Under the pieces are notes generated by a model. That model was not told the DNA's origin and did no database searches. It saw only the letters and a list, made by a program, of their open reading frames with translations. Of a stretch of DNA of 64,000 bases, positions 27,580 through 40,000 are shown piece after piece. The stretch is from assembly GCA_026003335.1 (NCBI GenBank), contig BPHB01000004.1, positions 2,316-66,315 of the forward strand, given 5' to 3'. The first letter of the stretch is position 1, and each line of letters begins with the position of its first letter. The position numbers were made by a program, and so were the translations under genes. The DNA comes from Chitinophagales bacterium (GTDB lineage Bacteria > Bacteroidota > Bacteroidia > Chitinophagales > CAIOSU01).

Positions 27580-28980
27580 ATGTTCAAAGTGAAATTTCTT
27601 CAAAGAGGCGATAACTTTAAAGACTACTCTTATGTAGGCTCTGAACGTAATGTAGTGAAGGAGAACCCCGTCGATATAGAAGGGGCGGAAGGTAAGTTTA
27701 GAAAGAAGGGCGACCCTGATACCGTAAAGGAAGGTAACTTGCAAAATGCGGTAACCGGCGATGATCGCTATTATAAGGTCGTCTCCATAGATGAGCTAAA
27801 CAAGTATGCACGGAGCGATCTTCAACCCTTATGGGTAAATGAAAAAGAAGGGGTGGCGGTGCTTGCCAAGCCGGAAGTGTACGAAGAGTTTACCCGTTTC
27901 TATGATGAGTTCAGGAAAAATAAAGGAGTAGACAAGGGGGTCGAATTCACTGAGTTTATAGTGAATTATGGGAACAAATACAAAGTGAAGCCCGATGTGA
28001 TGGCTGCGGTAAACAATATCTTTGATATAGCTTCTTCAACTAATACGGGTACACAAGAAAATACTACTCCCTATTCCTATAAGGATGGGAAATATTATGC
28101 GGACACTTCTTATTCAGGGAGAACCGGCCGGCAGACTATTGCCGCTCATAGGGAGGAGGTGACCCCTACTAATATGGATAACAGGCCTGAATTGCCTGAC
28201 CAGTTTAAAGATATATTTTCGCGTTTCTCTTCGGATGAAGAGAGACGACAGTTTTTTGAAAGCAACTACTCCGCTTATGTGTCACGTAACCCGGCATTGA
28301 GGGATTTAATGGATAGAGCACGTCGTTACGGACTTACAAGGGATGGGTTAGATAGCGCAAAGAGGAGATATATAGAAGAACATAAAATCAGTGAGAAAGA
28401 CTTATCCAACCCGGATATCAAGTTCACATTGGATATGTTTGACCTCATCGGTCATGTGTATGGTGCCGTGGATTCCGGGGATAGTGAGAAAGAACGCTAT
28501 ACCGGGTGGCAATATATCCCGGGAACCGCTTCTGAATATAAAAGCACTCAGAAAAAATCTAAAGGTGGAATGATGACTTATAAACAGTATCTGAAATTCA
28601 AGAAGGGAGGCAAGATCCCTATGTTCCAAGCCGGTGGCATGACGCCGGCTGAGCCCATGGAGGCACCCGGTGCGCCGGAGGCAGCAGAGGTAGAAGGTGG
28701 TGAGCGTATCTTCAGTCAGGAAGATACGGCACAGATCGTTCAGATGGTACAACAGATATTACAGACACAAGACCAACAACAGCAGGCAGAGATGCTACTG
28801 CAGCTTGGTTTGTTTGTGGTTGAGACTGTTGTGAAGCATATGCAACAAGGGACTGAGATGACCGAAACGGATGCGCCACAAGAGCAAGCGGCGCTTGAAG
28901 GCGGCGCCCCCGCTGGACAGCCCATGATGAAAAAAGGGGGTAAGATGACGTATAATAAAAGTGTAATGGATGAGTATTGA
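27580..28980 (+). CDS. putative virion cargo protein
   Basis: KKGG/QAGG motifs and AEVEGGE; lies between the muzzle gene and the giant proteins. Confidence 0.6.
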   Translation: MFKVKFLQRGDNFKDYSYVGSERNVVKENPVDIEGAEGKFRKKGDPDTVKEGNLQNAVTGDDRYYKVVSIDELNKYARSDLQPLWVNEKEGVAVLAKPEVYEEFTRFYDEFRKNKGVDKGVEFTEFIVNYGNKYKVKPDVMAAVNNIFDIASSTNTGTQENTTPYSYKDGKYYADTSYSGRTGRQTIAAHREEVTPTNMDNRPELPDQFKDIFSRFSSDEERRQFFESNYSAYVSRNPALRDLMDRARRYGLTRDGLDSAKRRYIEEHKISEKDLSNPDIKFTLDMFDLIGHVYGAVDSGDSEKERYTGWQYIPGTASEYKSTQKKSKGGMMTYKQYLKFKKGGKIPMFQAGGMTPAEPMEAPGAPEAAEVEGGERIFSQEDTAQIVQMVQQILQTQDQQQQAEMLLQLGLFVVETVVKHMQQGTEMTETDAPQEQAALEGGAPAGQPMMKKGGKMTYNKSVMDEY

Positions 28981-29885
28981 TTATGTTTAGCGTACAGGGA
29001 TATAAGCGGAACAGCCCGGACAGGGATAAGCCTTATAACATCATAAAAGGGGGCCGTATTACGATGCAGGATGTTCCCCACCCCGTCATCGCCTTCCCGG
29101 TGAAGGGGGGCAAGATAGCGGGTGAGCCCAAGATGATGGAGCCGGGACAAGAGTATGACTTTGGTCAGGTAGATGCCGTAATAGAGATACCTTTGGTAGA
29201 AGGCATGTCCGAAGAGCATGTGAAGCAGGCGCTTGGGATGGCCATGGAAGAGATGGGGGTGGCAGTGCCTGCTGCCCAGACGGGTACAAAGCTTGAACAG
29301 CAAGGGGGCTTAACTAACACTTTTAATAAGTTCCAGAAAAAGATGAGTGAACCCCTTAAACTATTTGGGCAGGAAACGCAGATGACAAAGGGGGATGCCG
29401 TAGCTATGGGTGGTAACATGCTGCTTAACGCAGGCACTAACTTAGTCATGTCCCATATGGGAAGGAAAGCGAAGAAAGAACAGGATAAGTTATATAACGC
29501 ACGCAGCATGTATCAGAACGCAGTGAACCAGACTAATATGTATATGCAGGGGCTGGCTACTTATGCCAAGAAGGGGGGCAAGCTGGGATGCAGGGTGTGG
29601 AAGCGGCAAAGAGGAGGTACGGCCGACACGATAGATGGTGTTGCCGGCATGGTCGGTGGCGCTGTTTCTGCGGCAGGAGCGATCCTGCCGCCACCACTGG
29701 GCACGCTCGCATCGGCTGCCGGGGCGGGGGTGAAGGCGATAGGCTCTACGGTAGCTTCAGTCATAAGACATAAAGAAGCTATCGATAAGATGAAGAAAGA
29801 GACAAGGAAATACCTGAATATGAACAAGACTACGCAACAGCGTCTGTCTGCTTTGATGAACAGGAATCAGAGCTTGATGATATGA
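28977..29885 (+). CDS. putative virion cargo protein with Gly/Ala-rich hydrophobic helices
   Basis: GYKRNSPD...ITMQDV...MEPGQEYDF N-terminal domain; GxxxG-rich segments. Confidence 0.6.
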   Translation: MIMFSVQGYKRNSPDRDKPYNIIKGGRITMQDVPHPVIAFPVKGGKIAGEPKMMEPGQEYDFGQVDAVIEIPLVEGMSEEHVKQALGMAMEEMGVAVPAAQTGTKLEQQGGLTNTFNKFQKKMSEPLKLFGQETQMTKGDAVAMGGNMLLNAGTNLVMSHMGRKAKKEQDKLYNARSMYQNAVNQTNMYMQGLATYAKKGGKLGCRVWKRQRGGTADTIDGVAGMVGGAVSAAGAILPPPLGTLASAAGAGVKAIGSTVASVIRHKEAIDKMKKETRKYLNMNKTTQQRLSALMNRNQSLMI

Positions 29886-30199
29886 AGATAAAGTATATAA
29901 CGGATTATAGTGACGGAGGTATCGTCTTAGGCAAATCTCATGAGGAAGGAGGTGTCCCTACATATGCAAAAGGGCGGCTTATCGCAGAAATAGAGGGCGG
30001 TGAGCTTATATTGCCTTCAGACGTATCCAAAAGGGTAGATGCCCTTGTTGCCCGTTATTTGGAGGAAGAAGATGAAGGTGTATTGAAGCAGATAGGCATC
30101 GAAGTCTATTCTGCAGTAAGGGACATCTTAAACAAGATGCCTCTCTCGCTGAAAGAAAGGATGAAAAAAGGTAAAACACGAAAAATAAAAGAGTCATGA
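29882..30199 (+). CDS. small cargo-region protein
   Basis: GKSHEEGGV...EIEGGE motif. Confidence 0.65.
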   Translation: MKIKYITDYSDGGIVLGKSHEEGGVPTYAKGRLIAEIEGGELILPSDVSKRVDALVARYLEEEDEGVLKQIGIEVYSAVRDILNKMPLSLKERMKKGKTRKIKES

Positions 30200-31464
30200 T
30201 ACGTAGACCTCTTTTAAAGATAAACAAAGCTCAATCCGGGATGCAGTTCCCTGCTTTTAATTTTGATATAAAGAAGATTGTGTACCCGGCTTCTTATGTA
30301 GAAGCAAAACAGCTCCTGTTTGAAAGGTTTGGGGAAGCCGGTAATAAACCAGCCGCCTCCGCTAAGCCCCTCCCTAAGATGCCGTCCAAAGATGCATCTT
30401 CTTTACTTGATTTCTCTTCTAAGTTCAAACAGAAGTTTAAGGATATCTCACAGTTTGGTTTGCCGGCTTACACTCCGTCGCAAGAGACTGCCGCCTCCTC
30501 TAAGCCCCTCCCTAAGATGCCGTCCAAAGATGCATCTTCTTTACTTGATTTCTCTTCTAAGTTCAAACAGAAGTTTAAGGATATCTCACAGTTTAATTTG
30601 CCGGCTTACACTCCGTCGCAAGAGACTGCTGCCTCCTCTAAGCCCCTCCCTAAGATGCCGTCCAAAGATGCATCTTCTTTACTTGATTTCTCTTCTAAGT
30701 TCAAACAGAAGTTTAAGGATATCTCACAGTTTAATTTGCCGGCTTACACTCCGTCGCAAGAGACTGCTGCCTCCTCAACATTATCAGACAAGGCAAAAGC
30801 AGAACAATTGATTAATGAAGCTTTTGCAAAAAAGAAACAACATGATGCCTTGTCTTACATAAATGCAAGCATCAATTCGCTTGTGAACCAGATCACAAGT
30901 AACAGTATCGGGCTGAAGCCAACTCCGGTGCAGAATGTGCCACCTCCCAAGTTCGCAAGGACTTACCTGAGGCAGAAACCCAGCGGACATACGGCTACCA
31001 CCCTTGCTTTCATGAGTAGAAACTTGGGTAATATGGGTATGGATGCTGCCCGTTTGAAATCGATTATGAATGAGGGGGCTAAGCGTGATTATGAGGTAGA
31101 ACAGGCAAATATGGAGATTGCCCAGAAGACAGCTCAGTTTAATGATGATAAATTGAATGCTTACTTGCAAAACATGACGGCTGCGGCAAACCAAGCAGCC
31201 GCCAGCGATGTGAATAAGTTTAATGAATTATCTTTGAATAAATACCAACAGGCAGCGAATGCATACAATATGGCTGAGCAAGTGAAAGCACAGTCACTAA
31301 GTGAACTGTATAATAAATTCCCTGAACTCAAACAGCGTATAGAGTTGATGCTTGCCGATGCGATGCGTAAGGCGCGGTCTGTCGTTGATATAGACAGGGA
31401 AATTACAGATACTGGCTATGGTACTGAAAAAAAGAAAGAAAGAAAGTCTAAGAAAGAGGAATGA
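30196..31464 (+). CDS. putative cargo protein with an internal 46-aa triplication
   Basis: 422 aa; Ala/Gln/Asn-rich C-terminal half. Confidence 0.7.
   Translation: MIRRPLLKINKAQSGMQFPAFNFDIKKIVYPASYVEAKQLLFERFGEAGNKPAASAKPLPKMPSKDASSLLDFSSKFKQKFKDISQFGLPAYTPSQETAASSKPLPKMPSKDASSLLDFSSKFKQKFKDISQFNLPAYTPSQETAASSKPLPKMPSKDASSLLDFSSKFKQKFKDISQFNLPAYTPSQETAASSTLSDKAKAEQLINEAFAKKKQHDALSYINASINSLVNQITSNSIGLKPTPVQNVPPPKFARTYLRQKPSGHTATTLAFMSRNLGNMGMDAARLKSIMNEGAKRDYEVEQANMEIAQKTAQFNDDKLNAYLQNMTAAANQAAASDVNKFNELSLNKYQQAANAYNMAEQVKAQSLSELYNKFPELKQRIELMLADAMRKARSVVDIDREITDTGYGTEKKKERKSKKEE
30352..30776 (+). repeat. three near-identical 138-bp tandem repeats
   Basis: aagcccctccctaag recurs at 30364, 30502 and 30640. 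Confidence 0.95.
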
Positions 31465-31480
31465 CCGGTTCCCGCGTGTC

Positions 31481-33946
31481 ATGTATAAGATGCAGCGCGG
31501 TGGCGTGGTGCCCCCCGGCTTTGGGGTACAATCAACGCCGGTTACTTATTATTCCCCAATAAAACCAGATATAGTATCTGCTGATAAGCTTGCCATGCTG
31601 GATTATACCCCCACCCCCAGTTTTAACTTTAGTGTGGAGGTAGGGGAATCGCTTGGTATACAAAATACGGCGATATCGGCTAAGGTAAGCCTTATCAAAA
31701 AGGAAGCACAGAAGCTATCTCAGATGTATAGCTCAGGGCAGATATCTGAAGAAGAGTATAATCAAGGGATTAAGATAATCAGCAATGAGCTTGATAAGCT
31801 CGACTATGCGCTGGATCCTAAATTAAGTATGGATTATGAGCGCTTGAAATCGATGGAGGAGACCCTGAAGGGTCGTGATGGGGTTATGGTGAAAGGGTCC
31901 GCTTTTGTTGGTGATCCGCGCGAATGGTTACGCACGTACAATGGCGATATATTGTCAACGCCTGAGTTCATGCTATATGGTATTGAATTTGACCCGGAAA
32001 GACTGACTACCGATATAGGGCGAAGGACAGTGGTGCATGCGGAACCGGATGAAGCCAATAAGACCTTCTTAGAATATGCCATGAATGCTGGCTCCAATGA
32101 GTTTAAAAACAGGGTATCAAAAGACCTGTTTTTGACGAATGAGGGCAAGCTGTCCGAGCTTGGACTCCCGTATATAACCGACATGAGCCAGTATATCGTA
32201 GACCTGTATTATTATCAGACTTACAGGGAGGCGTCAGGTAGTGGGAGTAAGAGTAATTATAATCAGATTGACGCTGCGGCTAAACTATTCAGTGAATTCA
32301 ATAATGACGCAACTAAGGCTTATTTCTATAAGAAAGGGGCGGAACGTGCTGAGGCTGAGTTGCAGAAGTTATTTAATCAAGATGCAAGGCAAGGGCTTAC
32401 CCTCGTGGATGTCTCAGCGAATAAGATAGTGGTGGATAAAGCCAACCTGCTGGCAAGAAGGGATAGTTTATTGTCGTCAATCAAAGCCGCTGATGCGGAA
32501 ATAGCTGAGCTTGTAAAGAACAAGGCAAAGGAGAGTGAAATCAATAAAGTAGTTAAGAGGAAAGAGGAATTTCAAAAGGCGTTAAAGGAAGTAGATAATT
32601 CAATTAAAAGACTTGATGAACAGGAAGAGACCGCGAATAATATATTGCAGTCTCTTATGGCAGAGGTGCCGGAGGTATCCCGGCTTGGACCCGATTTCAC
32701 CGAAGCATTCATGGCCGCATTCAATATGGGGTTGATTGATTATGAGTACGATGAGAAATCAGGGGAATATATATTCGATAAGAACAGGGCATTGGAAGCT
32801 ATTAAAGCCTTGATGATAGCAAACCAAATGGAGGTGTCGGCTATCATCAACACCCCGGGTGGAATATCTATGATTACGCGTGCAGGTAACTATGCAAGCA
32901 TAGCTACTTCACAACAGGCTTTGGAGATGATATCCAAAAAGTATGGGGTGGACTATAATACCTTTAAAGCCGCTTCAAACGCCTTATATAATACGTTTAA
33001 CAGGTATGCAGCGTATATGGCTAATGAAGCGCATAAAGAGTTTGGAGCATACAGAAGTGCTGTGATGCGCTCCGCTTCGTCTGAGAGCTTCTATGAATGG
33101 GAAGTGGATGACGGATTCTTGAAGCCTGATAATACGGTCGGATCTCAAAAGATGAAGATGGACCTTATGAAAGACTTCCCTGCGTTTGCCATGGCTAACC
33201 CCAAAGATGCTAAGGACAGGGTAGAACAGATGGGAGGTACCGTGGACTCCAAGAGCTATCAAAAGAAGATAGGGGATGGGCTCGTTCAGGAAGTGAACTT
33301 CAATACATACAGTACAGGGCATTCTTCAGATATGAAGTTCAGCCTGCCTAAGACAGCCCGCGTGACAAGCAATAGCGCTGGGATCCTCCTGTCTATAGGG
33401 GATAATGTGAAAATTATCTTAGCCCCCACGGAAGGAAATGCCTATCAGCTTGAAGATATCGTGAAAGGGGGGTCTGTCGTAGCCGGGATAAATGAGAATG
33501 AATATAAGGCTAAGAGCTTCACTACAGTACACAAAAACGTAATAGGCAAGGGAGAAGACGGTAAAAGCCAAGTAGTCAATACTGAAACAAAACTGTACTT
33601 TGACGTAGGTAACTTAAAGCCGGACAAGATTGAAGTAGACAAAGAAAGCGGAGTCGTTAAAATAAATGATCTTGAGTTCAGGGTAATAGACCCCGGAGCT
33701 AACATATCCGGATCGCCTATTGACTATCTGGACACGAAGCTAAAGCAAGCAAAAGAGAACAAGTCTATAGTGTCCGTCGGTGTGAATGCACCACATGTTA
33801 AGATGAGCGATTACGACGTAGCTGACACCTTCCAAGCGATCGGATCCGAAGTGCAAGGGGGCATGGAACAGCCTGTACCTGCTAACGAGCGTGGAGGGAC
33901 AATCGCGTCCAACGCCTTCGATGATATAATAGAGATGCTGAAATAG
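31481..33946 (+). CDS. large ejected virion protein 1
   Basis: Likely start MYKMQRGG at 31481 (the ORF opens at 31418); first of three giant genes. Confidence 0.7.
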   Translation: MYKMQRGGVVPPGFGVQSTPVTYYSPIKPDIVSADKLAMLDYTPTPSFNFSVEVGESLGIQNTAISAKVSLIKKEAQKLSQMYSSGQISEEEYNQGIKIISNELDKLDYALDPKLSMDYERLKSMEETLKGRDGVMVKGSAFVGDPREWLRTYNGDILSTPEFMLYGIEFDPERLTTDIGRRTVVHAEPDEANKTFLEYAMNAGSNEFKNRVSKDLFLTNEGKLSELGLPYITDMSQYIVDLYYYQTYREASGSGSKSNYNQIDAAAKLFSEFNNDATKAYFYKKGAERAEAELQKLFNQDARQGLTLVDVSANKIVVDKANLLARRDSLLSSIKAADAEIAELVKNKAKESEINKVVKRKEEFQKALKEVDNSIKRLDEQEETANNILQSLMAEVPEVSRLGPDFTEAFMAAFNMGLIDYEYDEKSGEYIFDKNRALEAIKALMIANQMEVSAIINTPGGISMITRAGNYASIATSQQALEMISKKYGVDYNTFKAASNALYNTFNRYAAYMANEAHKEFGAYRSAVMRSASSESFYEWEVDDGFLKPDNTVGSQKMKMDLMKDFPAFAMANPKDAKDRVEQMGGTVDSKSYQKKIGDGLVQEVNFNTYSTGHSSDMKFSLPKTARVTSNSAGILLSIGDNVKIILAPTEGNAYQLEDIVKGGSVVAGINENEYKAKSFTTVHKNVIGKGEDGKSQVVNTETKLYFDVGNLKPDKIEVDKESGVVKINDLEFRVIDPGANISGSPIDYLDTKLKQAKENKSIVSVGVNAPHVKMSDYDVADTFQAIGSEVQGGMEQPVPANERGGTIASNAFDDIIEMLK

Positions 33947-34027
33947 CATGATTCCCCCAGTTATTTAGATCCTATTGTTTTTTATGTTTAAAGTCAGTAT
34001 ATTGCTTCTTAATAAAAGGATAGCAAT

Positions 34028-37000
34028 ATGCTGACTCCCCCTTATAAGTTTCTTTTCCAGCAAGATAATACGGATGTGGTCTCAGGTGCCGGCTCCACAG
34101 ACCAGTCTTCTCCTCAGGATAATGGGGGGAATGACCCGGCTATAATGAATATTGCGGCCAGTGGTATGGCTAAGCTGCAGTCAGGGTTGCCGGTGGAGTT
34201 GTCTGAGGAAGAAGAGACCGCTATCATGACTTCTTCGGACATGATACCTGACCCTAAGTTGCGCAGCGAGGTGCAGGATTTCTATAAAAAAAGGATTGCG
34301 GAGCATAAGCAGTTTGTAGGGGCGGTCAAGCAGGCGGCGCCTGTTTTTTATATCAATGACAGGAGATTCAGGGATTCGGTCAGCGGGGCGTTGACGGTAG
34401 CTACTACCGGACGCCAAATTTACGGTACACTTGGGAATATATTATCCGCTACAGGGAAGACATTCACCCCTATTTTTGATTCCCCGCAGACACAGTTCGC
34501 TTACTACAACAGTGAGCAAACACTCAATACCGTAGCCCCCATCATAGCCGGGGTGGATATGGATGGCATCCATGCGGTGCGTACAGGGCTGAATCATGAA
34601 ATCATAGCTCCTATAGCGGAATACAACAGTGTATATAATCTTGGCAAACTGTATGTGGGGAGGCCTGATACAGGGAGCGGGGAAGACGTCACTTTCACTG
34701 ACAAGATGGTGAAAGCCGGGGCTGACCAGCTCTTGTTGGGCGGCGGTAATACACTTATAGAAGAGGCATGGAAGGCTGCCGAAGATGCAGGGTACTCAAA
34801 AGATGAAGTAAAGAGTATCCTGTTAAGACGTGATGACAAGGGTGCTTATCTTGACCTGAGAGACCTCCCCTTCGATGAGCGTCGTGGCAAATTCATGGAG
34901 TCGTTGCAAACAAGGATAGACGACAAGGTGTCCGATGCGGTAGGTATCTTTGATTTCAGCCAAGATTATTCCGATGAGGAACGCAGCTTCATGGCTGATA
35001 ACGGTTTGGTGTTTGAGTATGACCCTGAGAAAAAGCGCTTCTATACCAAGAGCGTCCTCATGACAATGGGTGATGCCTATGATTACTCTATGAAGTATGG
35101 GGGTGCTTCTTTGTACAGACGGCTGATGACCCCGGGTGACCTTGTCGAATTCAATGAATATGCCACAAAGAATTTTTTCAATCGCTTCGGAAGTGCTTTT
35201 GTCAACTCAGCCGAGACATTATTGAATACGGTATGGGTAGCGAAATGGAATAAACTGAGCCAGTCATCCGTAAAGAAAGAGCTTGAGAAGCGTTTTGAGG
35301 AGTCGCGCGCTATCTTTGAAAAGAGACGCCGGGAAGATCCTGTCTTCGCAGAAGAATACAAGTCATTTGAAGAGTTTGAGCGTGACCAGCGCGACTTGCT
35401 GGTTAAGATTGCGACGGCGGATAACTCACTGTATTACAGTGAGACTCATCATACCTTGTCTTGGTATCAGGGGGCCAAGCTGGGCGAGCTGTCAGGTGAC
35501 CTGACCGCCCAGATCGCGCTGACACTACCCCTTACTGCCGGGGCAGGTGCCATAGTAAGGGGGGCCGGTGTCTTAGGTGCCCGTGTCTTGGCTTCTTCGC
35601 CCAAGATAGCCCGGTTATTGGGTTTTGGCACACAGACAGGCGCACGCCTCTTCCAGAGAGCCTCTGAGGTGGCGTCGAAGACATCCAAGATCTCTTCCCG
35701 GATGGCACGTTCCGTAATCGGGCGGCGTCTGGCAAGCGCTTATGCTTTCAGTGCTTCTTATATGAAGAAGTATGGAGCACAGGTGCTATTAAACCCCGGT
35801 GCTTACGTAGGAGGCTTATATGCTGAACACCTGTCATACGTTGAAGCACGGGAGAAGGGGTTGAATGTAGATGCGGCTTCAACATACGCTGACTTCGCTT
35901 TCTATGGGGCATGGTTGACCGAAGCGACCATGGGGTTGGTGTCAAGCATGTCCGGCAAGATGCTGGGGTTGGCGGGGCGTGAGGCAGATGAGTTCGTGGA
36001 TGCTTTCAGGAAGGAATTGACAAACAGCATAGGTTCGATACTGGAGCGTCCGTCAGCGAAGGCATTAGCTACCGGTGCGGGTAAGAGTCTTTCGAAAAAG
36101 CTCGTAGGTGGTATTGGTACAGGCGTCGGTGCTGTAGGCCGCTTCGCAGGGAAGATGTATGGCGGCTATTCCAAGTTCATGGAGAAATACTTCCTGACTA
36201 ACGTAATCAAAGAGTCGATAGAAGAGGGGGCTCAGGAGACGGTAGAGGAATTCGTCAATATGCTTGGCGGGGAATATACCGAAATGAAGTATGGGTTAAG
36301 TGACTCTACCTTCGTTTATGACCCTGATATGCTCTTTACTGAGGTATTCCTTGCTACGGCTCTTGGTTCATTGCACGTGTCTGCCCTTTCCGCCGGGCTG
36401 CATACACTACGTAACCGCCGGTCTTGGGGATACAATGTAAGTAAGGATGCACAGGGCAACCTCACTTCAATGCTTGTCAAGTATGTGGTAGAGGGGAAAC
36501 AGAAGGCTTTGTATGACGTGATCGGTGAGTTCTCAAAGAACAAAATGATTGGCGTATATAATAAGAAATATGCCTTGCCTGCAAGCTTGCGCGGCAAAGC
36601 AGAAGATATGTCCAAGTTCTTTGAAGCTATGATGACGCAGCAGGTGCGTATCATAGAAGAGGAAGTGAAGCGTGAAAAAGAAAGATATAAAAAGCTCAAC
36701 CTTACCAAAGCTGAGATTGCGGATAAGGTATTTGAGACCGTCAGCAACAGGCTTAAAAAGAGAACGGAGTCTATCACAGAAAAGTCTTTATTTAAGCTGA
36801 ATGAAGAGGAGTTAAAGCAAGAAGATGGGCGTCTTGAACAAGCAAGAGCTGATCTGCGACAAGCGATAGACTCGGGTGACTTGGTGAGAGCCGTATTACT
36901 GAATAACGTATTAGCTAATGAAGAGCTTGCCTACTCAGAACTAAACCTTGCAAACAGTATCGTTGCCCTTTCTGAACGCAAACAGAAGAAAGAGGGCGAA

Positions 37001-40000
37001 GAGCGTACCGTAGTAGTCGAGCATGTTTATTCATTCAAAGGCAAAGACTACGTACTCAATCCCCTCACTCAGACTTGGGAAGACTATGACCCATCCCGTC
37101 ACAAGTTATTGAAGGACTTTGACATGGATGCTGTCCTGTCAAATGAAGATATGGTCAAAGCAACCTTCGGGGATCAGTCAGCAACGGTGATGGAAGCGAT
37201 GAATAAAGTACGGCGGCTGAAGCAAAAGCATAATGCCGTCTCATTGCTTGGTTTGATATTGCTGGCTGAGGATTCGGACAGGTTGCTTTCGGATCAAGAC
37301 TACGTGTCGGAGCTCTTAAATGAGAATGTAATCTCTGATTTCGTTGGGTCGTTTAGTACCGCTTTCGAAGAGATGAAGGTAAATGAGGCGTTTAAAGAGA
37401 AGCTATCGGAAGACCCTGAATTAAATAAACTATACGACCGTCTGATCTCTGCTTTGAGTGAGGTAGAGGCGGCAGGGAATTCTGTCCCTGCCTTGATGGC
37501 TGCGTTTAAAGAATTACGTAATATCATCTTTGAAAACAGGAATACGCCATTCATGCGTGAGATAATGAAACGCATGGATGCTCTTAATACCTCAGCAACT
37601 GTAGCTTCAAAAGAAGTATATGGGCTATTAAAGACCTTGGCAGGGCCGGATGATGATAATGATGTGAGGGGAGCAGTAAATGCGTTTAAACATTATGCCG
37701 TAGCCAAGCTATACAACCGTCACCTGTATAATAATGCGGTCACTACGGTATTGCGTGAGGTGATGGATGATAAAGCGATGTTTTTGCTTGGTGCTAACTT
37801 TGACACCACCTCGGTACTGTCAGACTCATTGCGCTATATGATATGGCTGTATATGGAGCGGGATGAGCCTGCCTTGGATATAAAATCTGTTTTTACGCTC
37901 TCTTCTAAAAAATTGCTGAATATTGAAGATGATGATGAAGTCATCAATGAAGAGACATCCTTACTTTTAGATACTGCAAAAGAGCTTGTTTCAGGACTCG
38001 GTAAGGAAGAGGCAGCCGGAGTGCCTGACGTAGATAGGCTTAAAAAGGCAATAGATGATTATAAGGAAGCAAGAGAGAAACTCAAAGAAGCAAGGGATGA
38101 GTTGTATTCCGGTGCTAAGACACATGAAGAAGTCATAGCAAGCCTGAATGCCTTCAATGAAGCCATTGGCAACCATATCGCCTCTTACAGAGCCTTAGGA
38201 GAGCTGATCAATAAGATATTAGACAATATGCCTAAGGTGGAAGAGGCGTATAAGGCGCGTAAGATAGATGAGCTGAGGGCTAAGGTGCGTGCGCAAATAG
38301 AGTCATCTATACAGCAGGAACAGACCGCTCCTGAAGAAAATGTAGAGGCTACGAAAGAGGCGACAGCCGAACCTGAACAAGCAACTACCGAAGAGGTAAA
38401 GGCTGAGACGGAAGAACAAGCAACTCAAGAAGAGAAAGCAACTGAGGAAGAGGCTAAGGCGGAAGTACCGCCTGCTGCCGAAGAGCAAGCACCTGTTGAA
38501 GAGGTGCCTGCTGAGGAGGCGCCTGCCACAGAAGAAGAAGCTGCCGCTGAAAGCAAAGCCCCTTCTGAGGAAGAAATCAATGCTTTGGTTGAGGAAACGC
38601 TGAGTGCTCTTGTTCCAAATATAGAAGAGGCGGTAACTAATACAAAGCATGCATTCATATCTGCGGTAATGAATATACATGCCGTGGCTTATCCTGACTC
38701 CGTGAATGCTTACATAGATGGCACTTCGTTCTTAAATGAAGTGCTCAATAAGGAAAAAAGCGTTGCGCAAGCCATAGAGTATGCCAAGGTGTTTGACGGT
38801 TTTGACAAGATATATAATGTAATCACGGACACCAAAGATAAGTTTGCAAGGATACTCAGCTCCGACGTTCTATCCGAATCTGTCGGCGAGTTCACTGATA
38901 AATTAGTGGCAAGGCATGAGGAGCTTATTAGCAAAATGAAGTTGCATTATGTGGATAAGCCGGCAAGGTATATGCATGAATTTGACGTGCTTGCCCCCTT
39001 CTTGGATGATGCTGAGAAAGAAGCTGTAGAGACTGCCTTTGCTGCTTATATGCTGTATCAGGACAGGGATATATTTGAACAGATAGTACCTCCGGATGTG
39101 CTGGAGCGCTTCCTGAATGAATCCGAGGCCCTTCATAAAGCATCTAAGTTTTTTGAGACGTTGGCGATGGCTCTTGTCGTTTCCTTCGGTTTGAATAATT
39201 CGTTAAACAAAGAAAGAGGAAAAGAAAAAGACAAGGCTCTTGGTGATTCCGGACTGGCAGGAGAGAAGTCCGTTTATGTTGATAGCATGATCGATGATAT
39301 CAATGTGATGCTTTCTTTCTTAGGGTCTATGTCAAAGATAGTAGAAGAGCTGGGTGACCCTACCCTTGGTTACATGGTGACACAGGCAAGCAACTTAAAA
39401 GCGTTTTATAATGGCGAATATGAAGCTTCCGGCTTCCCGCCTTACAATGGCCCTGTCAACTATCAAGAAAAGGAAGCGCTGATAAAAAAAGCTTTTGAGA
39501 AATATGACCAATTCCGTTCGCCGGACAAGCCTACCTTATCTACGCTGGCTACCTTGTCCAAGCCGATCAAAGGGCGTGAGAAAAGACACGACATCCCTTA
39601 TACTTCGTTTAAAAAAGCTTTATACAATGCATCGCTTGCATTGAAAGACACCCCACACCTGTCTCCTGAGCAGGAGTACTTCGTTTACAAGGTATTGCTC
39701 GATGTCTTCAACCCGGATCGTTCGATAGCTCATGTGTTGCAGGCTATGGCCGGTGCGGGTAAAACTACAACTATGCTATACTTGATGAAGACGCTTGATT
39801 ATCTGATAGAGTTAGGGAAGAAAGAAGGGGCTCCATGGGCAAAAGACATTAAGGGTAGCTTCACTATACAGATGATAGTGCCGTTTGGCGGATTGTATGA
39901 TAAGCTAAATAAGACGCTGAAAGAGATAGGATTCAAGAACTTGTCCGTTAAAGTCAAACTGTTTGATTTGCCTATCAAAAAGGCTAACGAGTCTAATGAA

